Positions 48,450 to 61,125 of a stretch of DNA of 64,000 nucleotides are shown piece by piece (positions within the stretch are counted from its first letter, which is position 1; each line of letters starts with the position of its first letter). Origin of the DNA: Cyanophora paradoxa CCMP329. Lineage: Eukaryota; Plantae; Glaucophyta. A model generated the notes under the pieces. It was not told the DNA's origin, did no database searches, and saw nothing but the letters and a program-made list of their open reading frames with translations. The position numbers and the translations under genes are program-made. Location: positions 62,001-126,000 of the forward strand of contig QPMI01000503.1 of the NCBI GenBank assembly GCA_004431415.1, written 5' to 3'.

Positions 48450-48904
48450 TTGGTGTGTCGTTGGTATTGGTGTGTTGTGTATCGATGGCAAGAAGCCCTG
48501 TGCATCCCGGAGTCCTCAAGATACCACGTGCTGTTTGGGAAAAGAGCTCTAGAGAGATCTGAGCCGCTACTAGGCTAAGCGGATTTTGATTATATTAGGA
48601 GAGGAAGCCTTGAAGGGGTGAATTTCGGTTTTATATATAATTAGTAGTTTCGATAAGGCAAGGACTATATATATCTATATATGAATAGGAGAGGATTTCG
48701 GTAAGTCGGAAAAACTCAGTGACTCTAACTTCAAGTACGCCAAGTAAGGTAATGGACTTGCAGCGTCCAGGCGGAGGACCAAGGAACTTCAAACGCGTCG
48801 TGCAAGCACTTCAACGCAGATTTTCTGCATATTTGACAGGGCACAAACCTATGGAAATCCTGGCTATCATCCATACTACTGCGAGTGGGTCCTAGCAAAA
48901 GCAA

Positions 48905-49619
48905 CTAACTTGTTGCGACACCAGCAGCCTCCTTCTCTTCGTCTAGCACTAGTTGGCCATCCAAGCGGGTCAGCTGAGGCAACTTCTTGATGCACTGAAT
49001 CCGCCATGCCGGTTCACTCTCATCCTTCGTCACTTTGTCGTACAGCGGGTTGCCGATGAAGATGAGTTCCTTCAGTTTTTTGAGGTCCATCAGCCTGTCG
49101 AACTCCGCCCAGCCAGCAATCTTGTTGTAGGCGAGGTACAGCACGCGCAGGTTGCTGAGCTTCTCAATGCCCGTTAGCTTTTCAATGGCGTTGTATGATA
49201 GCCAGAGCTCCTGCAGCGTGTCCGCAACACCTGCGCGGAGCGTGTGAGCGACCATGCTCGAGGCAGCGCGCTAGCCACGTGCACCATCCAAGTTCTCGAT
49301 CTTCTTGATCGAGTTTCGGCTAAGCGACAGAATTTCCAGGTTGTCCATGCCCGCCAAGCTGCCAATCTTGTCGATGCAGTTCGTGGAAAGCGACAGCTTC
49401 TTGCACTTCTTAAGCTGCGAGTGAGGCGCGTATGAGCGATTTAGCGAAAGCTAGCTAGAGCGGAGGAGCCACCGTGTTCACAGACGTGTCCATCTTTTCT
49501 ATCGGCGGGATCTGGCCCCACAGCGGTATGTGCTCCTCCTCCGCTGGGTTCTTGCCCGTCTTGTCTGCCCAGTTCTTCAGCGCATCCTTTACGGTCACCG
49601 CCGCCCCGCCCTTCGACAT
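48905..49619 (-). CDS. DNAL1: Axonemal outer-arm dynein light chain LC1 (LRR)
   Basis: TVKDALKNW..QIPPIEKMD..LSLSTNCIDKI..LEILSLSRNSIKKIENLDGVADTLQELWLSYN..LPQLTRLDG. Confidence 0.95.
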
Positions 49620-50044
49620 CCTGGAGCTCCGGCACCTCTACAGGCTGCAGACGCGTGCACAGAGTGCGGTGAGAGGCGAGATCTCTCTTCTAGCTAAGCT
49701 GCGGCAAAAGATGATCCGCTGGGTCGCGGGCGTTCGATCCGCTGGGAGGGGCTTTCTGAGTTTAGCAGACAGCTAGGGTACGCGAATACGAGGACTGACG
49801 TCAAACGTGTCCGATCGACGCATCCGTTTGGCTAGTGCTCACGCAGTAGCGCATATATAGATAGAAGCGCAGCTCTTTTCGTGCGCGGATCCCACCTGCG
49901 TCGCCCTTCCGGCGCTCCGGCCGGCGCTCATCAGCGGCCGATTTCTGTGCCCGATCTCGTCGTCCGAGCGCTAGAAGAACCTACAGCGCAGTCGCCGCTT
50001 GGACCCAGACGCCGCTCGCGCGTCAGCTAGCTGAGCGCGCCCTG

Positions 50045-50860
50045 ATGGAGGCGGAGGCCTTCCGCAAGATCCATCCGAGCCTGTTCGTGCGCAAGTTTCT
50101 CGAGCAAGGATTACGCCCCGATGGCCGCACGCTTCTCAAGGCGCGCAAGCTCACAGTCAGTCACGGCAATGTCTCCAGCGCGGACGGCTCAGCCCTGGTT
50201 AAGCTCGGCAACACAACAGTCGTAGCTGGGGCGAAAGCCGAGGTCGGCGTACCGGACGACGCATCGCCCGCAGCGGGCAAGCTCGAGATCAGCGTCGAGC
50301 TCACCCCCTTGTCGGCGTCCCGCTTCCGACCGGGCAAGCAATCGGACGAGTCCATGTGCGTTGAGGAGTACGTACGACAAGTGCTATCTTCTGCAGGCGT
50401 TCTCGATCCGCTGCAGCTGTGCATCTCGGAGCGGAAGGCGGTGTGGGTGTTGTACGTCGACATCTATTGCGTAGACAACGACGGCGGTGCGCTGGACGCG
50501 AGCCTGGCAGCGGCGGTGGCGGCGCTCTCGAACACGACGCTCCCGCGCGTCGCCCTCTCGGAGACCGGGGAGGTGATCAAGGAGGCGGGCGGAGCACGAA
50601 TGCCCCTCACTGTTGCCCACTACCCAGCATCCGTCAGTTTCGCAATGGTCGAGGGGCACGTCGTGGCAGACCCCACTGCAGAGGAAGAGGCCCTTGCGAC
50701 GGGCGCCGTCACTGTCTGCCACGACGAGCTCGGGCGCCTGTGCACTGTGTATAAGGCTGGGGGCGCCCCCTTCAAGCAGGATGTCCTTCAATCGGTTATA
50801 GGGACTGCTAGCACAATTACCCTTGCGCCCCGTTTCCAGAAGTCTTTGCGAGGCAGGTAG
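50045..50860 (+). CDS. RRP43: Exosome complex RNase PH-like subunit RRP43 (EXOSC8), intronless
   Basis: AFRKIHP..LRPDGR, GSALVKLGNTTVVAG, LCISERKAVWVLYVDIYCVDNDG, VADPTAEEE. Confidence 0.9.
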   Translation: MEAEAFRKIHPSLFVRKFLEQGLRPDGRTLLKARKLTVSHGNVSSADGSALVKLGNTTVVAGAKAEVGVPDDASPAAGKLEISVELTPLSASRFRPGKQSDESMCVEEYVRQVLSSAGVLDPLQLCISERKAVWVLYVDIYCVDNDGGALDASLAAAVAALSNTTLPRVALSETGEVIKEAGGARMPLTVAHYPASVSFAMVEGHVVADPTAEEEALATGAVTVCHDELGRLCTVYKAGGAPFKQDVLQSVIGTASTITLAPRFQKSLRGR

Positions 50861-50972
50861 TAAACTCATTTACACAGCATCGGCTCTGTCTAGGCTACAG
50901 GCGCTTTCGTTTTCGATTAGGAAGCAGCAAAAGACCTAATCGCAATCGTAATCGTCAAAAGCGGATGCGAAA

Positions 50973-52293
50973 CTACTCTAAGGGGATGAATTCGGGGGTG
51001 TTACAATTGCTAAGCTCTTCATCGTTGGAAATAGATGTCAGAAGGCTGAGGTCAACTTGACGCCTATTTATGGGGGACAAGGATTCGGACAGGGGATAAC
51101 TGTAAAGCGGAGCAGGTTTCGAAGGATACAAGACAGAGACGAAGGCAGAGCTCTTGATAATTGCTGCATGTGCAGATGGCAGAGTTGGTGGCTGCAAGGT
51201 TGATCTCTGGCTGTGCACCGAGGTGGCAGGCTTCCGTGAGGGTGAGGGTGAGCTGGGATTCGAGGTGGGTGGGGCATTTGAGGGAAGCTTCAGAATGCGA
51301 GGCCGTTGTGCAGGTTGACCAGGCTGTGTCTGATGCTGAGGCTGCTTGCTTAGCACAACCAGACGAGAGGTCTGCTGCGGAGGCAGCTGAGCATCCGAAT
51401 CTGATTGTTGACTAAGACTCCTGGCTTTTTTCTCGCTGCGAGAACTGGGTGAGGGAGCTGGAGAGATTGATAGGGAGCGCTTCACAGATGAAGATGAAGG
51501 TGGCCGCAGTGGCGATGGTACGCTCTTCGCTGTGGCCGTCGAGGCAGCTCTTGGTGTGGAGCTGCTGTCCCTTGCAATCGCCTTGGGATTCGGGCTGGGC
51601 CGTGGCCGAGGCCACCCTCGAAGAGGCGCTGGAAGCGTGAGCCGCATCCAGTCCACGAATGCACTCCCGTCGGACATGCAGAACTTCCCTCCTTTGAGCT
51701 GGACTTTCGTGCCGCTACCTACAGCATTCTGAAGTGTGTGTGGTTTAGTCCCTGTGTAGCAGAGCTCGGGGTATTTACGCAACGAGGCATATATTCAAAT
51801 ACTCGAGCGTGCGTTGAGTCTGCCAGCCTCCTCCATCTGGAACCAAAATCAGCGAAACGGGCCACAATAAAAACGAAATCTTACCCGAGATCTCGATCCA
51901 GTTCTGCTCTACAGTGCAGATGTGGTTCCCATACAAGTATACTCGGCAGTTGGGCCGCGGCTCAAGCGAGGGCTCGATCTGCGAGGGTTCAAGCGAGGGT
52001 TCTGGCTCGATCTCAATCTCTCTCTCGATGACCGAGAAGCGCCACTACATGCCGCGGCATTTGTGAGGCGCTCGGGCGGGAGCACGCACCCTCGTGATAT
52101 CGGGGCTGAACTGCGATGCGGTCGTGCCCCGCTTCGCTTTGCTGCGCACGGAGAATCTGCCAGCCGCGGTGAGCGCAGCGAGCGCGCGCTCGCGGCAGCA
52201 GCGGCAGCGCCAAATTGATGCGCACTCTCTGAAGTTAACGAGCGCGTCGGTGATGCCGTCCTCGGTATCAAAAGGAACACCGAACTGCGGCAT
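50973..52293 (-). CDS. Hypothetical protein with Ser/Pro-rich C-terminal region (5' exons uncertain)
   Basis: 269-aa open frame 50973-51782 plus probable short upstream exons; no family recognised. Confidence 0.4.
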
Positions 52294-52736
52294 GAATCGA
52301 AGCTAAACGCTGAAGCGGGCGCCAGCCGCGCCGGCGCCGGCGCTTTGGGAAAGCGGCTGAGCTGAACGCAGCCGCCAAGGAAATCCAAGCAGAGGTGCAG
52401 GCGAGGCTCCGAGGTGTTGTACCGCAGTCGCTGAGCTCAGCGGCTGCTGGGGACTTGAGGGATGCCGAGGCCTTGTACCCGTCCTGCGCCGGTCTCGGGC
52501 GGCCCGGCGCCTGCCTCAGCTAGCTGCAACCGCCGGCCCACGGTCTCGCTCCAACCATACGGTGTCGGCAAAGCACGCATTTGAGCACGCAGCCCCGCAA
52601 CACCCGGCGTTGGTCGCAACACCCTCGCCGCATCCGCATCGCCGCATCACATCAAAGTTGCGGAGAGCCCGTAGGCATCGCGTGAACTCCGCGGGAGCGC
52701 GCCACTGCCGTGTATGAGGCGCTCGGAGAAACGCCG

Positions 52737-54630
52737 ATGACAGGGACGGGCTCGGGCGCGGCAGTGGCGCCGCGCGACCCGACAGTTCTGTCACTTCTCA
52801 ACCAAGTAAGGCGCCTGCAGGTCCGCACGCGCTCATCCCCCTTCCTCCGCATCTCTAACGTTCTTCCCCCGTTCGCAGCTCGAGCTAGCGAGCAGCGAAG
52901 CTAGAAATAAGCGACTGGAAGAGCACTACCAGTCATCCAGGTGACGCCCCTCATCTCGCTGCACTTGTGGACCCTCGCCCCGCTCGAGGCTGACACACGC
53001 GTGCAGCGAGCGGGTGCAGTCGACGCTCCAGGCGCTCAGCGAGGCGAAGAAGAGGTACAATGCCCTGCGAGCAGAGGCGGACCAGCTGCGGGCAAGGAAC
53101 CAGCAGTGCGCGGACGCCGGCCGGGGCGTGTGTTCAACCCGGCGCTGACGGGCTCGCGTAGGCTGGAGATGGATAACCGAAGGCGATGCGATGAGCTCGA
53201 GAAAACGTGCGCGGACTACCGCGCACGCTCGGACAGGCTGCTCTCCTCGTACCAGGCGAGCGCAGCGCGCGCCAGCCCGCTCCACGCCCGCCGCTCACGC
53301 GACTGCAGCGGAGCCTGGACAAGATTCACCAGCAGCAGACGGCGATGCGGAAGATATGCTCGCGGATCCGTATCTCGCAGCTGGAGCTCGAGCGCGCCAC
53401 GCAGACCCGCGCCGAGCACGACGAGATCGTCGCGCAGGCGCGCCCGCACCCCGTGCCATGCCGCGGCGCCGCCCGGCGCCCCGCTCACCGCGCCCGCCTG
53501 CAGATGAAGTCCTTTCTAGGGGACCTGTGGGTCCTGACCTCCAACGGCATCGATTCGGCGTGGGGCGAGGAGGTGAGCCTGCAGCGCCGCCGCGCGACTG
53601 CGCGCGCCGTTCACTGAAGCCCGTGCAGCACCGAGGGGAGGCACCGCAGCCGCCCTCGGCACCCCCGTCGCCCCTGTCGCCCCTCCGCCCCACCGCCCTC
53701 CTGAGCGGTGCCCGCCGCGCCCCTCCCCGCCGCCCGCCGCGCCGCTCACGGCGCGCCAGAGCGCCTCCCGCCCTCGGAGCCGCGGGCCTTCCACCCCATC
53801 ACCGTACCCGTCCACGTCCTCTCCCAGACAGCCGCCGCCACCCCCGCCGCCACCCCCGCCGCCACCCCCGCCCGGCCCCGGGCCCTCCCGCCCCGCCCGC
53901 GCCTCCCCGCCTCCCCGCCCCCGCCTCGAGCGGCCCGCCGGCTCCGTTCGGGCCGCTCGCGCCGCCGCCGCCCCCTCCCCCGCCCCCGCCGGCGCAGTCG
54001 CCGGGGGGTTTGCTCGAGACTCCGGCTCGGCGCCCCTCGTCGGGCCTCAGCGTCCTCGTCACGGGCCCCGGGACCCGCTGCGCTTCCCCCGGGGCGAGCT
54101 CCGAGGAGCCCCTCCCTTCGGGCTCCGACTCGCCGCCGCCGCCCCGCGGGCCCGACGCCTCCCCCGCGCCCAGCGCCGCCACGTCCGAGCTCACCCCGCT
54201 CGTGACGTCACTCTCCTCTCTCGTCGAGATTCTCGCGCGCGCCCTACCCCCCCTCGTCTCCGCGATGGGAGCGGGCCAGGGCCCCGCCCCGCCCCGCCCC
54301 CCCGCCCTCGGCGGACCCCCGCTTCTCGGCCCCGCCGGCGGCCCGCCCGCCGTGCCCCGCCCCTCCCCTCCTCCCCGGGAGGCCCGCCGGGCGTCCCCGG
54401 CGTTCCGCCGCCCCGCCGCGCACGGCCGGCGTGCCCCCTCCACCCGGCGGATCGCCGGCGCCGCCCCGCCCCCGCCGCCGGCGGGCATGGGGACGCCGCT
54501 GCCGCCGCCGCGGGCGCCGACGCCGCAGCCGACGCCGAAGCCGTCCCTCGCGACGGTTCTGAAGCAGCAGGCGGCGGACGCGCAGGCCCAGGCCGCCGAG
54601 ATGAAGGCCCGCCACCAGGACGGTCCGCCA

Positions 54631-54663
<33 letters not shown>

Positions 54664-55644
54664 AGTGGTTTGAGGTGGCCCCCTCTCCCCAGCGCTCAAG
54701 GAGAAGATCATCCAGCGGAGCCTGAAGAAGGTCAAGCCAGACGAGGTGACCGCCCTGAAGGACGCGTTCGACTCCATCCAGGTCCCCTTCCCCGCAGCCG
54801 AGCCCTTGCACCCCCGTACCCCTCGCCGACACTGCCCCAGGCCGCGTGGCGCGAGGGTCGCATCGGCGAGGCTCTCGACGCGCTCGCGGAGGTGCGGGAT
54901 CAGCTCCGTCCAGGGCCGCTTTCCCTGACCCGCGTACCCCCCATAGATCAAGGAGTCCGCGGACCGCTTCATGGAGATCGACGAGAGCATCCTCCTCCAG
55001 GTACCCCCGGGCCTTGCTGGTTTCGCGTACCCCCTTCCCCTTCTCACTTTCGGCGCAGGAGTTCGGGCTGGACATGCACCGCCTGATCGAGTTCCAGGCG
55101 CTCGTCGTCCGCATCCGATCCCTCCAGGTCCCCTTTCTACGCTCCTTGTACCCCGGACTTGGCCGCGCCCCTGAGGCGCCGGCCGCAGGGCGAGGCGGCC
55201 TTGTTCGATCAGCGCATCAAGAACCCGGCGCCGTACCCGCTGGAGCAGCACACCGCCGTCGCCAAGTGCGCGGCCCGGCCCCCTCCTGCGCGCGCTCCCC
55301 GCCGGCTGAGCGCTCGGGGCAGGTCGCTCGGGCTCCTGCGGCGGCACCTGCACTCGCTGCGGGACGACCTGTCGGCGGGTCGCCCGGCGGCGGGCGCCCT
55401 GGCGCAGTACCTGGGCACCGCGGAGCTGGCGGCGGCGATGCGGGAGCAGGCGGAGGCGATCGTCGAGGGGGCGGTGGCGGCCCCCGCGGCGGCCGAGGGC
55501 CTGCCCTACCTCACGATCGCGGCGGGCCTCCTGGAGGGCCCCGAGGCGGAGCAGATGGGCCGCTTCGGCCTCGGCGACGGGCTCGTCGAGCGCCTCCACG
55601 GGAAGGCCGCCGAGATCGCCGCCGCCGGCTCGGGCCGCGGCTGA
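52737..55644 (+). CDS. Coiled-coil / polyproline protein with WH2-like motif and helical C-terminal domain
   Basis: N-terminal heptad exons (LSLLNQVRRLQ/LELASSEARNKRLEE..), long Pro-rich tract, PSLATVLKQ..IQRSLKKVK; several GT-AG and GC-AG introns. Confidence 0.6.
54633..54663. repeat. Poly-C homopolymer (31 nt) in a probable intron
   Basis: Direct read; length may be a sequencing artefact. Confidence 0.8.
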
Positions 55645-56173
55645 CCCCGGACCTCCTTGAGCCTGGCCCGGGCCCGGCCACGCCGGTCCTGCGCCCCGCA
55701 CTGTTGTATACGTACGTGATCGCAATCAACCAGTTGCAGTTGGAAACGATCGCCGCGCGCGTCGCGCGCGGGCCGCCGCCCACCAGTCTACGTACACACC
55801 CCGCCGCTCGTCTGCGCGCGGCGGCCGCGGCTCGTACGCGTCTGCGCGCGGCGGTCGCGGCACTCCGGCCCGGCGGAATCCGGACTGGTGGGCGCCGCGA
55901 AGCTCACCGTCACCTCGAGATAGCAATCTGTTAAGAACGATAGAGCCTTGAGGAGATCCAGCGGGTCTGCGCGCATGCATGCGCAGGCGCGGCGCGTTGG
56001 GTAAATGGCGCGGCCGCTTGCCAAGTTGGCCGGCACGGCCGTCACCGAGTTGGCGATCAACTCGGCGAAAAGTTTGGCATCCGAGAGCGCTACTAGCAGC
56101 TCCGACCGTCAAGGCTCTGACTAGCCTCTGAGCAAATTCGGGGTAGTCAATTACTGCCGAAGCATCCAAGAAG

Positions 56174-56401
56174 ATGGCCGTGGAGAAGAAGTCGTTCTCG
56201 GAGAAGCTGCGGTGGACCGCCAAGGTCGCCTTCATGCGCTATCGCGTGCTCACGATGACGGCGGGTCGTTTGGGCGTACTCGATCCGTGGGAGTCGGCGG
56301 TGGTCCACGCGGGCGTTCTGGCTACGGCGGCTCTCGTTGGCTACATGGCATACTCAACTGCCACCTTCGGAATCCACGTTGCTGGAAATCTACTTTCCTA
56401 G
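56174..56401 (+). CDS. Small subunit of serine palmitoyltransferase-like (ssSPT)
   Basis: 75 aa with RY....G..VLDPWE motif followed by one hydrophobic helix. Confidence 0.65.
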   Translation: MAVEKKSFSEKLRWTAKVAFMRYRVLTMTAGRLGVLDPWESAVVHAGVLATAALVGYMAYSTATFGIHVAGNLLS

Positions 56402-56940
56402 ATCATAGAGTCTAGACGTTTCCGCGCGCGGGTTCGCCGCTGGAAAAGCGAGCGCCGCAGACCGCTTGCTTGTATGTACTTATAGATGCTGTCTTCCCTC
56501 CCAGCACCCGTAGTGGATCGTCCTGCATCCGTGCTGTTCGGAGCTTCGTACGTGGTCGATCCGCCCTTTCATGTCTGCGCCAGCCCGGCTCTGCGCCGAG
56601 CATGTTTTGTGATGCTTTTCTTCTTAGCGATTTCAAGGGAGTTTCAGGTTTGAGTTTTCGTATGTATGTCTTACGCTTATGTTAGAATCTCGGTAGAGCT
56701 TGCAAGCCAGCGCCTTTCTCTTGCGGCGATTGTCTTCATCGATGTCAATTTGAATCTCAGAGTCGTGCGCCCCTTTCTCTTCACCCTGCGGAGCACGCCC
56801 CCCAGTCCACCGCTTGGGCGCTCGAGCACATGGGCATCATGGCATGCATATGGCATCTCGCTTCACATGAATCGTGTGGGCAGCCAGGAGGCAGGATCCA
56901 GGGGTCGGGCGGGGCGCAGAACGAGGCGGCGCGATACAGG

Positions 56941-59900
56941 TTACGCCTTGCGGCGGACAAGGCGGAACGGGACGGGCGGCACGGGCCTCAGCACGCCCGT
57001 CATCTGCCCGCCGCACCCGGGTGCGGCCGTCAGTACTAGCAGCTGGTTGTGGCGGAGACTCTGAGACAGCGTCGCGCATACGTATACTGCGGACCTGGCG
57101 GGGGTTAGTGGCCGGCTCCCCTAGGACCTCCACCTCGAATCGGTCCAGGAGGAGGCACGCCAGGATCTGCAAGGGGTACGACAGTCAGGAGGGCGGAGGG
57201 GGAAGTGAGCACTGCGGCAGGCGTACGCGCGCACTCGGAACTCGAGGTACACGATCTTCTGCCCAGGGCAGGGGTGCCGCCCCGCACCGAAGACGATGTT
57301 CGTACCCGGCTCCTTGCCTGACGGCGGCGCGTACGTATACAGTTCAGCGTTGGGAGACGGCAGAAGATCTAGAGGGGGGCGGCGCGCCGTCTCGGGTCCA
57401 GCGGGAGGGATCGAATTTGAGGGGGTCGGGGTACACGTTTTCGTTGAGGTTGATCGAATTCCACAGGAAGAGGCAGAGGCGGCCCTCCGGAATGCAGTAC
57501 CCCCCGAACTCGATGTCCGACGAGGCGCGGCGGAAGGAGAGGCCGGGGGCCCCCGTCCGGACGAGCTCGTTCACGATGCTGCCCCAGTGTGAGTTGGAGA
57601 GGAGGGGGAATGAAGCGCGAGGGGGTACCCGATGAGGCCCTCGACGCGGTTGACCGCCTCGACGGTTACCCCCCCGCATTCTTCGACCCCCGCCCGCCAC
57701 TCGTCCAGAATCTGACATCATGCCCTTAGCCTTAGCCAGGATTCGGGGAGGCCTTGAACGGGTGCGCGCCCTCTTCCGGGTCGCGGCGTCCTTTGCGAGG
57801 TGGTACACCACCCATCCAACGGAGGGCGCCGTGTTGGACTGCCGGGGTGCGTGGATTCAGAGGAGGGGGGGAGGATGCGCCCGGCCGCCCTGAGCCTCGA
57901 GGGGCGCACCACTGCTGCGAAGAGTTGCCCGAAGAAGATTGCGAAGATCTCAGGGGGGATGGAATCAGCTTGGGGTACCGGATTTGGGGATTCGGGGAAG
58001 GGGGTTACCTCCGTCTCGTCGAAGGTGCCGTCCGGGCGGCACACCTGCGGGCAGGAGGGCGAGTTCGGCGGGGGTACAGGGTACGGGTCGGCAAGGGAGG
58101 GCGAGTACCAGGGGGTCCTGTACTGTCAAGCTGATCACGTCGCTCCTGCGGGCGGCCGCCGGGCGGCAGATCGGGCCAGGTCCGCTGGCCGGCCGAGCGG
58201 CGGGCGCGGCGCGGCGCACGCCCTAAGGGACCCCTCAGCATCCGTCTTGTTCGCCGCCCGGTCCGCCTTTCTCTTCAGCAGAAGCTGCGCACCGGCCATC
58301 GGTGAGGAAGCCCGTTGAAGGGGGACAGAAGCCGCGCGGGGGGTACGCGCGCCCGCTTGCCGAGGTCGACGACGGTTCGGATGGCGGCGCGCTTCTCGCG
58401 CCAGTTGAGGCCCGTCACGTACCGGCGCGGGCGTCAGGGCTCGAGGCATGGCGGGGAGGACGCGGAGGGGGGTTACTTGAAGGAGTCGAGGAAGCGGCCC
58501 GTCTTCGAGGCGGTCGGCCGGCGAAAGCCCAGGGGCGGGGGGTACGGAGCTTCGAACCTGCTCCGTCGGGTCGAGAACGCTGTACGCCTTTCTGAACCTG
58601 GTCAAGGGGAGGAAGCAATCAGAGAGGAGAGCAGGGGCACAGCGAGTCCGACCGCGCGAACCGCTTGTACTCCTCCGCATCCTCGAAGATCTCGTCTCCG
58701 AACAGGATGCGCGCCTGAGCCATTGCGGATCGCCGAATTCAGAGGTGGCAAGGGGGGGGGGTACACGCCAGGGGGGCTCGCCTGGAGGTCGAACACGACG
58801 TCGTCGAGGAAGGTGAAGAGGTTGGGGTACGTGCAGTCAGTTGGCAGCTCTGTCGAGAACCGTTGAAGAACGCGCCCGCGGGGTGGACTCGAAGGGGGTT
58901 ACGCACTGTCGAGGAACTCCTCGACGGCGCGCGTGATGAGCGAGGTGAAGGCGGGGAACTGGGCCCGGGCGCGTGAGACGGCGAGCTTTGAGGGCCGGGC
59001 GAGGGCCGGAGCCGCAGGGCGGGCTCGAGGGCGAGCTCCGGCAGCCCGCGGCGGGGCCGGGGCGGACCTTATGCGTGGCGACGACGCGGGTGATCATGTG
59101 CGAGCGCTCACGGTCGAACAGCTGCGGCGGTGCGGCGCGGCGCGGCCGGACACGTGCGGGATGAGCACGGGCGGGCATCGTGCATCCCAGCGAGCGCGGC
59201 GCCGGAGTGCTGGGCGAGGCGCACCCCGGGCGGCATGATCTGGCCGACCGAGTCCCGGTACCCTGCGCGAGTTCAGAGGGGCCGTGCCGCAGTGCGGGAC
59301 GGGCGAGCCGAGGGTGGATAGTCGGACACCCTGTATCATGTTCAGCTCCGCAGTGTGGTGGTAGACTCGGCTTGCCTCGGGGCCGGCGAATACGGTGATC
59401 TTCTTGCTTGTGAGGCCGAGCCACAAGCGGAATGAGAAGCACTCGCTGCGAGCCGGGCGTGGGCGGGCGCGGCAAAAGTCAGGCAGGGCGCGCGGCGCGC
59501 GGCAGGGCGCGCGCGGCGGGGGCGAGGTCGGGAGGTCATCGGATGAGCGCGCCCGAAGGACTTGCGGAGTATGCGGTCGAAGAAGCGCGGATCCCGGAGC
59601 CAGGCGAGTATCACACGCAGCTCGGAGGCCTGCGGCGACATGTACTGTAGGCACGTCGACTCGCTCGACGCGCGGGCGGCCGCGACGCGCCGGCAGCCGC
59701 GGCGCCGAGCGAACAACCCGACATCTTATTCGAGTGCGCACGCATGCATGCGCGCGCGGCGCACCTCGGGCGGCTCGGGGAGCTTGTCCGTGTTCGGCGG
59801 CGCTCGGAGCTGCCGCGCTGTCGCCAGCAGCACGGCGACGGACGCGGCGGCGGCGGCGCATCCGAAAGCGACCTGCGACCGTGTGGCGGCGCGGTGAGGC

Positions 59901-60065
59901 CATGTTGCGCTGCAGCGCTGGCCAGTGGAGACTCGACATGCCGCGGCCGGTGCACGTGGACGGTGGGGTTTAAGTACAGGAGCGGTTACAACTTCAGCTG
60001 CGCACCGGCGACGCCCCGATCCGCCTCAGGATGCCGTCAAGCCGGGATGGGTCCACCAGCGCCAT
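56941..60065 (-). CDS. Cytochrome P450 (CYP7/CYP51 clan-like), many introns
   Basis: N-terminal anchor AAAASVAVLLA + PEPP; I-helix LFAAV/SNTAPSVGW; K-helix NELVR; FDPSRW; heme loop FGAGRHPCPG; ends RLVRRKA-stop at 56941. Confidence 0.92.
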
Positions 60066-61048
60066 TCTACACTGTACCCTTGACCAGAAGCTGGATCCTT
60101 TTACTGGCCCCCGACAGCCTCCCCGCCGCCGTCCCGTGGGTGCTCTGTGCTCAGCTATTTCATCTGAACCTTTTGAGAACCAGCGCACCCAACCTGTCAG
60201 CTCGGACGTGATCTGTGACTAGTAACTGCCGCAGAGCAGATTGGCTGATCTCAGCTCCGAATCGCCTCCGATCAGTCATATTCACCACGTACACAGCATG
60301 TTGGCCAACGATACACGCTCGCGGCCAGGGCAAGAGCCGATCGAGCTCGCCCCTCCAGGGTCGCCAGCCCTCAACAGAACCCGTGGAGCGATCACTCCGG
60401 TGGGGAACGAGGACGCGCCGCTGATCTGTGCGTCGGGTCCCGGGCGCAGAGGAAATTTAGAGCTCGAGCCGCGCGCGGAGCGTTTTTCACACGTGCGCAG
60501 TCACGTCAAAGCCGTCGCGCAATCCATTGGCACAGGAACGCAAGCAGAAAGCAATTATGGATGCCTGCGTGCGTATGCCCCGCCGGCCCGACCCTTCAGT
60601 TGGCTGCGAGGCTCACAAGGGGCGCCTGGCCCGTGCGCAGGCACCCGGACTGGCGGGCCGCCTTCACTCTCTTATCTCTTTCCTGTTTTGATGCATATAT
60701 ATATACTATGATAAGCTTAAGAGGAGCGGCGTCATTCTTGATTGTGTTCCAGTAGTAGATCTAGAAGGTTTACCTCCCCAGCATGGGGGGCAAATATCCG
60801 AACGCTTAGCTTAAGAGGTGTTCCTAGGGGGCAAAGATTTTTATTTATTTTTTTGATTGTATTCCACTGGGCCAGTAGTAGATCTAGAAGGCATACCTCG
60901 AGCTCCCCAGAGGTTCATAGCTAGGTTCCCCAGATGTAATCAAATTAAGGATTTCTTTTGAAGCGAATGATCATTTCGTATGTGACGTACTGCATTGTGC
61001 TCTTTCTAAGCTACGGGCGCGCGGGACCACTCCTAGACCGTCGAATTC

Positions 61049-61125
61049 GAAAGTTGGACAAAAGTTGGACGAAAGTTGGACGAAAGTTGGACGAAAGTTG
61101 GACGAAAGTTGGACGAAAGTTGGAC
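61049..61125. repeat. 11-bp minisatellite (GAAAGTTGGAC)x7
   Basis: Direct read. Confidence 0.95.

Noticed and set aside
25432-55934. Long antisense or alternate-frame Arg/Gly/Pro-rich ORFs
   Set aside because: Shadow ORFs caused by very high GC content.
3595-60065. Lipid-metabolism gene cluster (elongase, START-GRAM, ssSPT, P450)
   Set aside because: The genes are scattered among unrelated housekeeping genes; no evidence of co-regulation.
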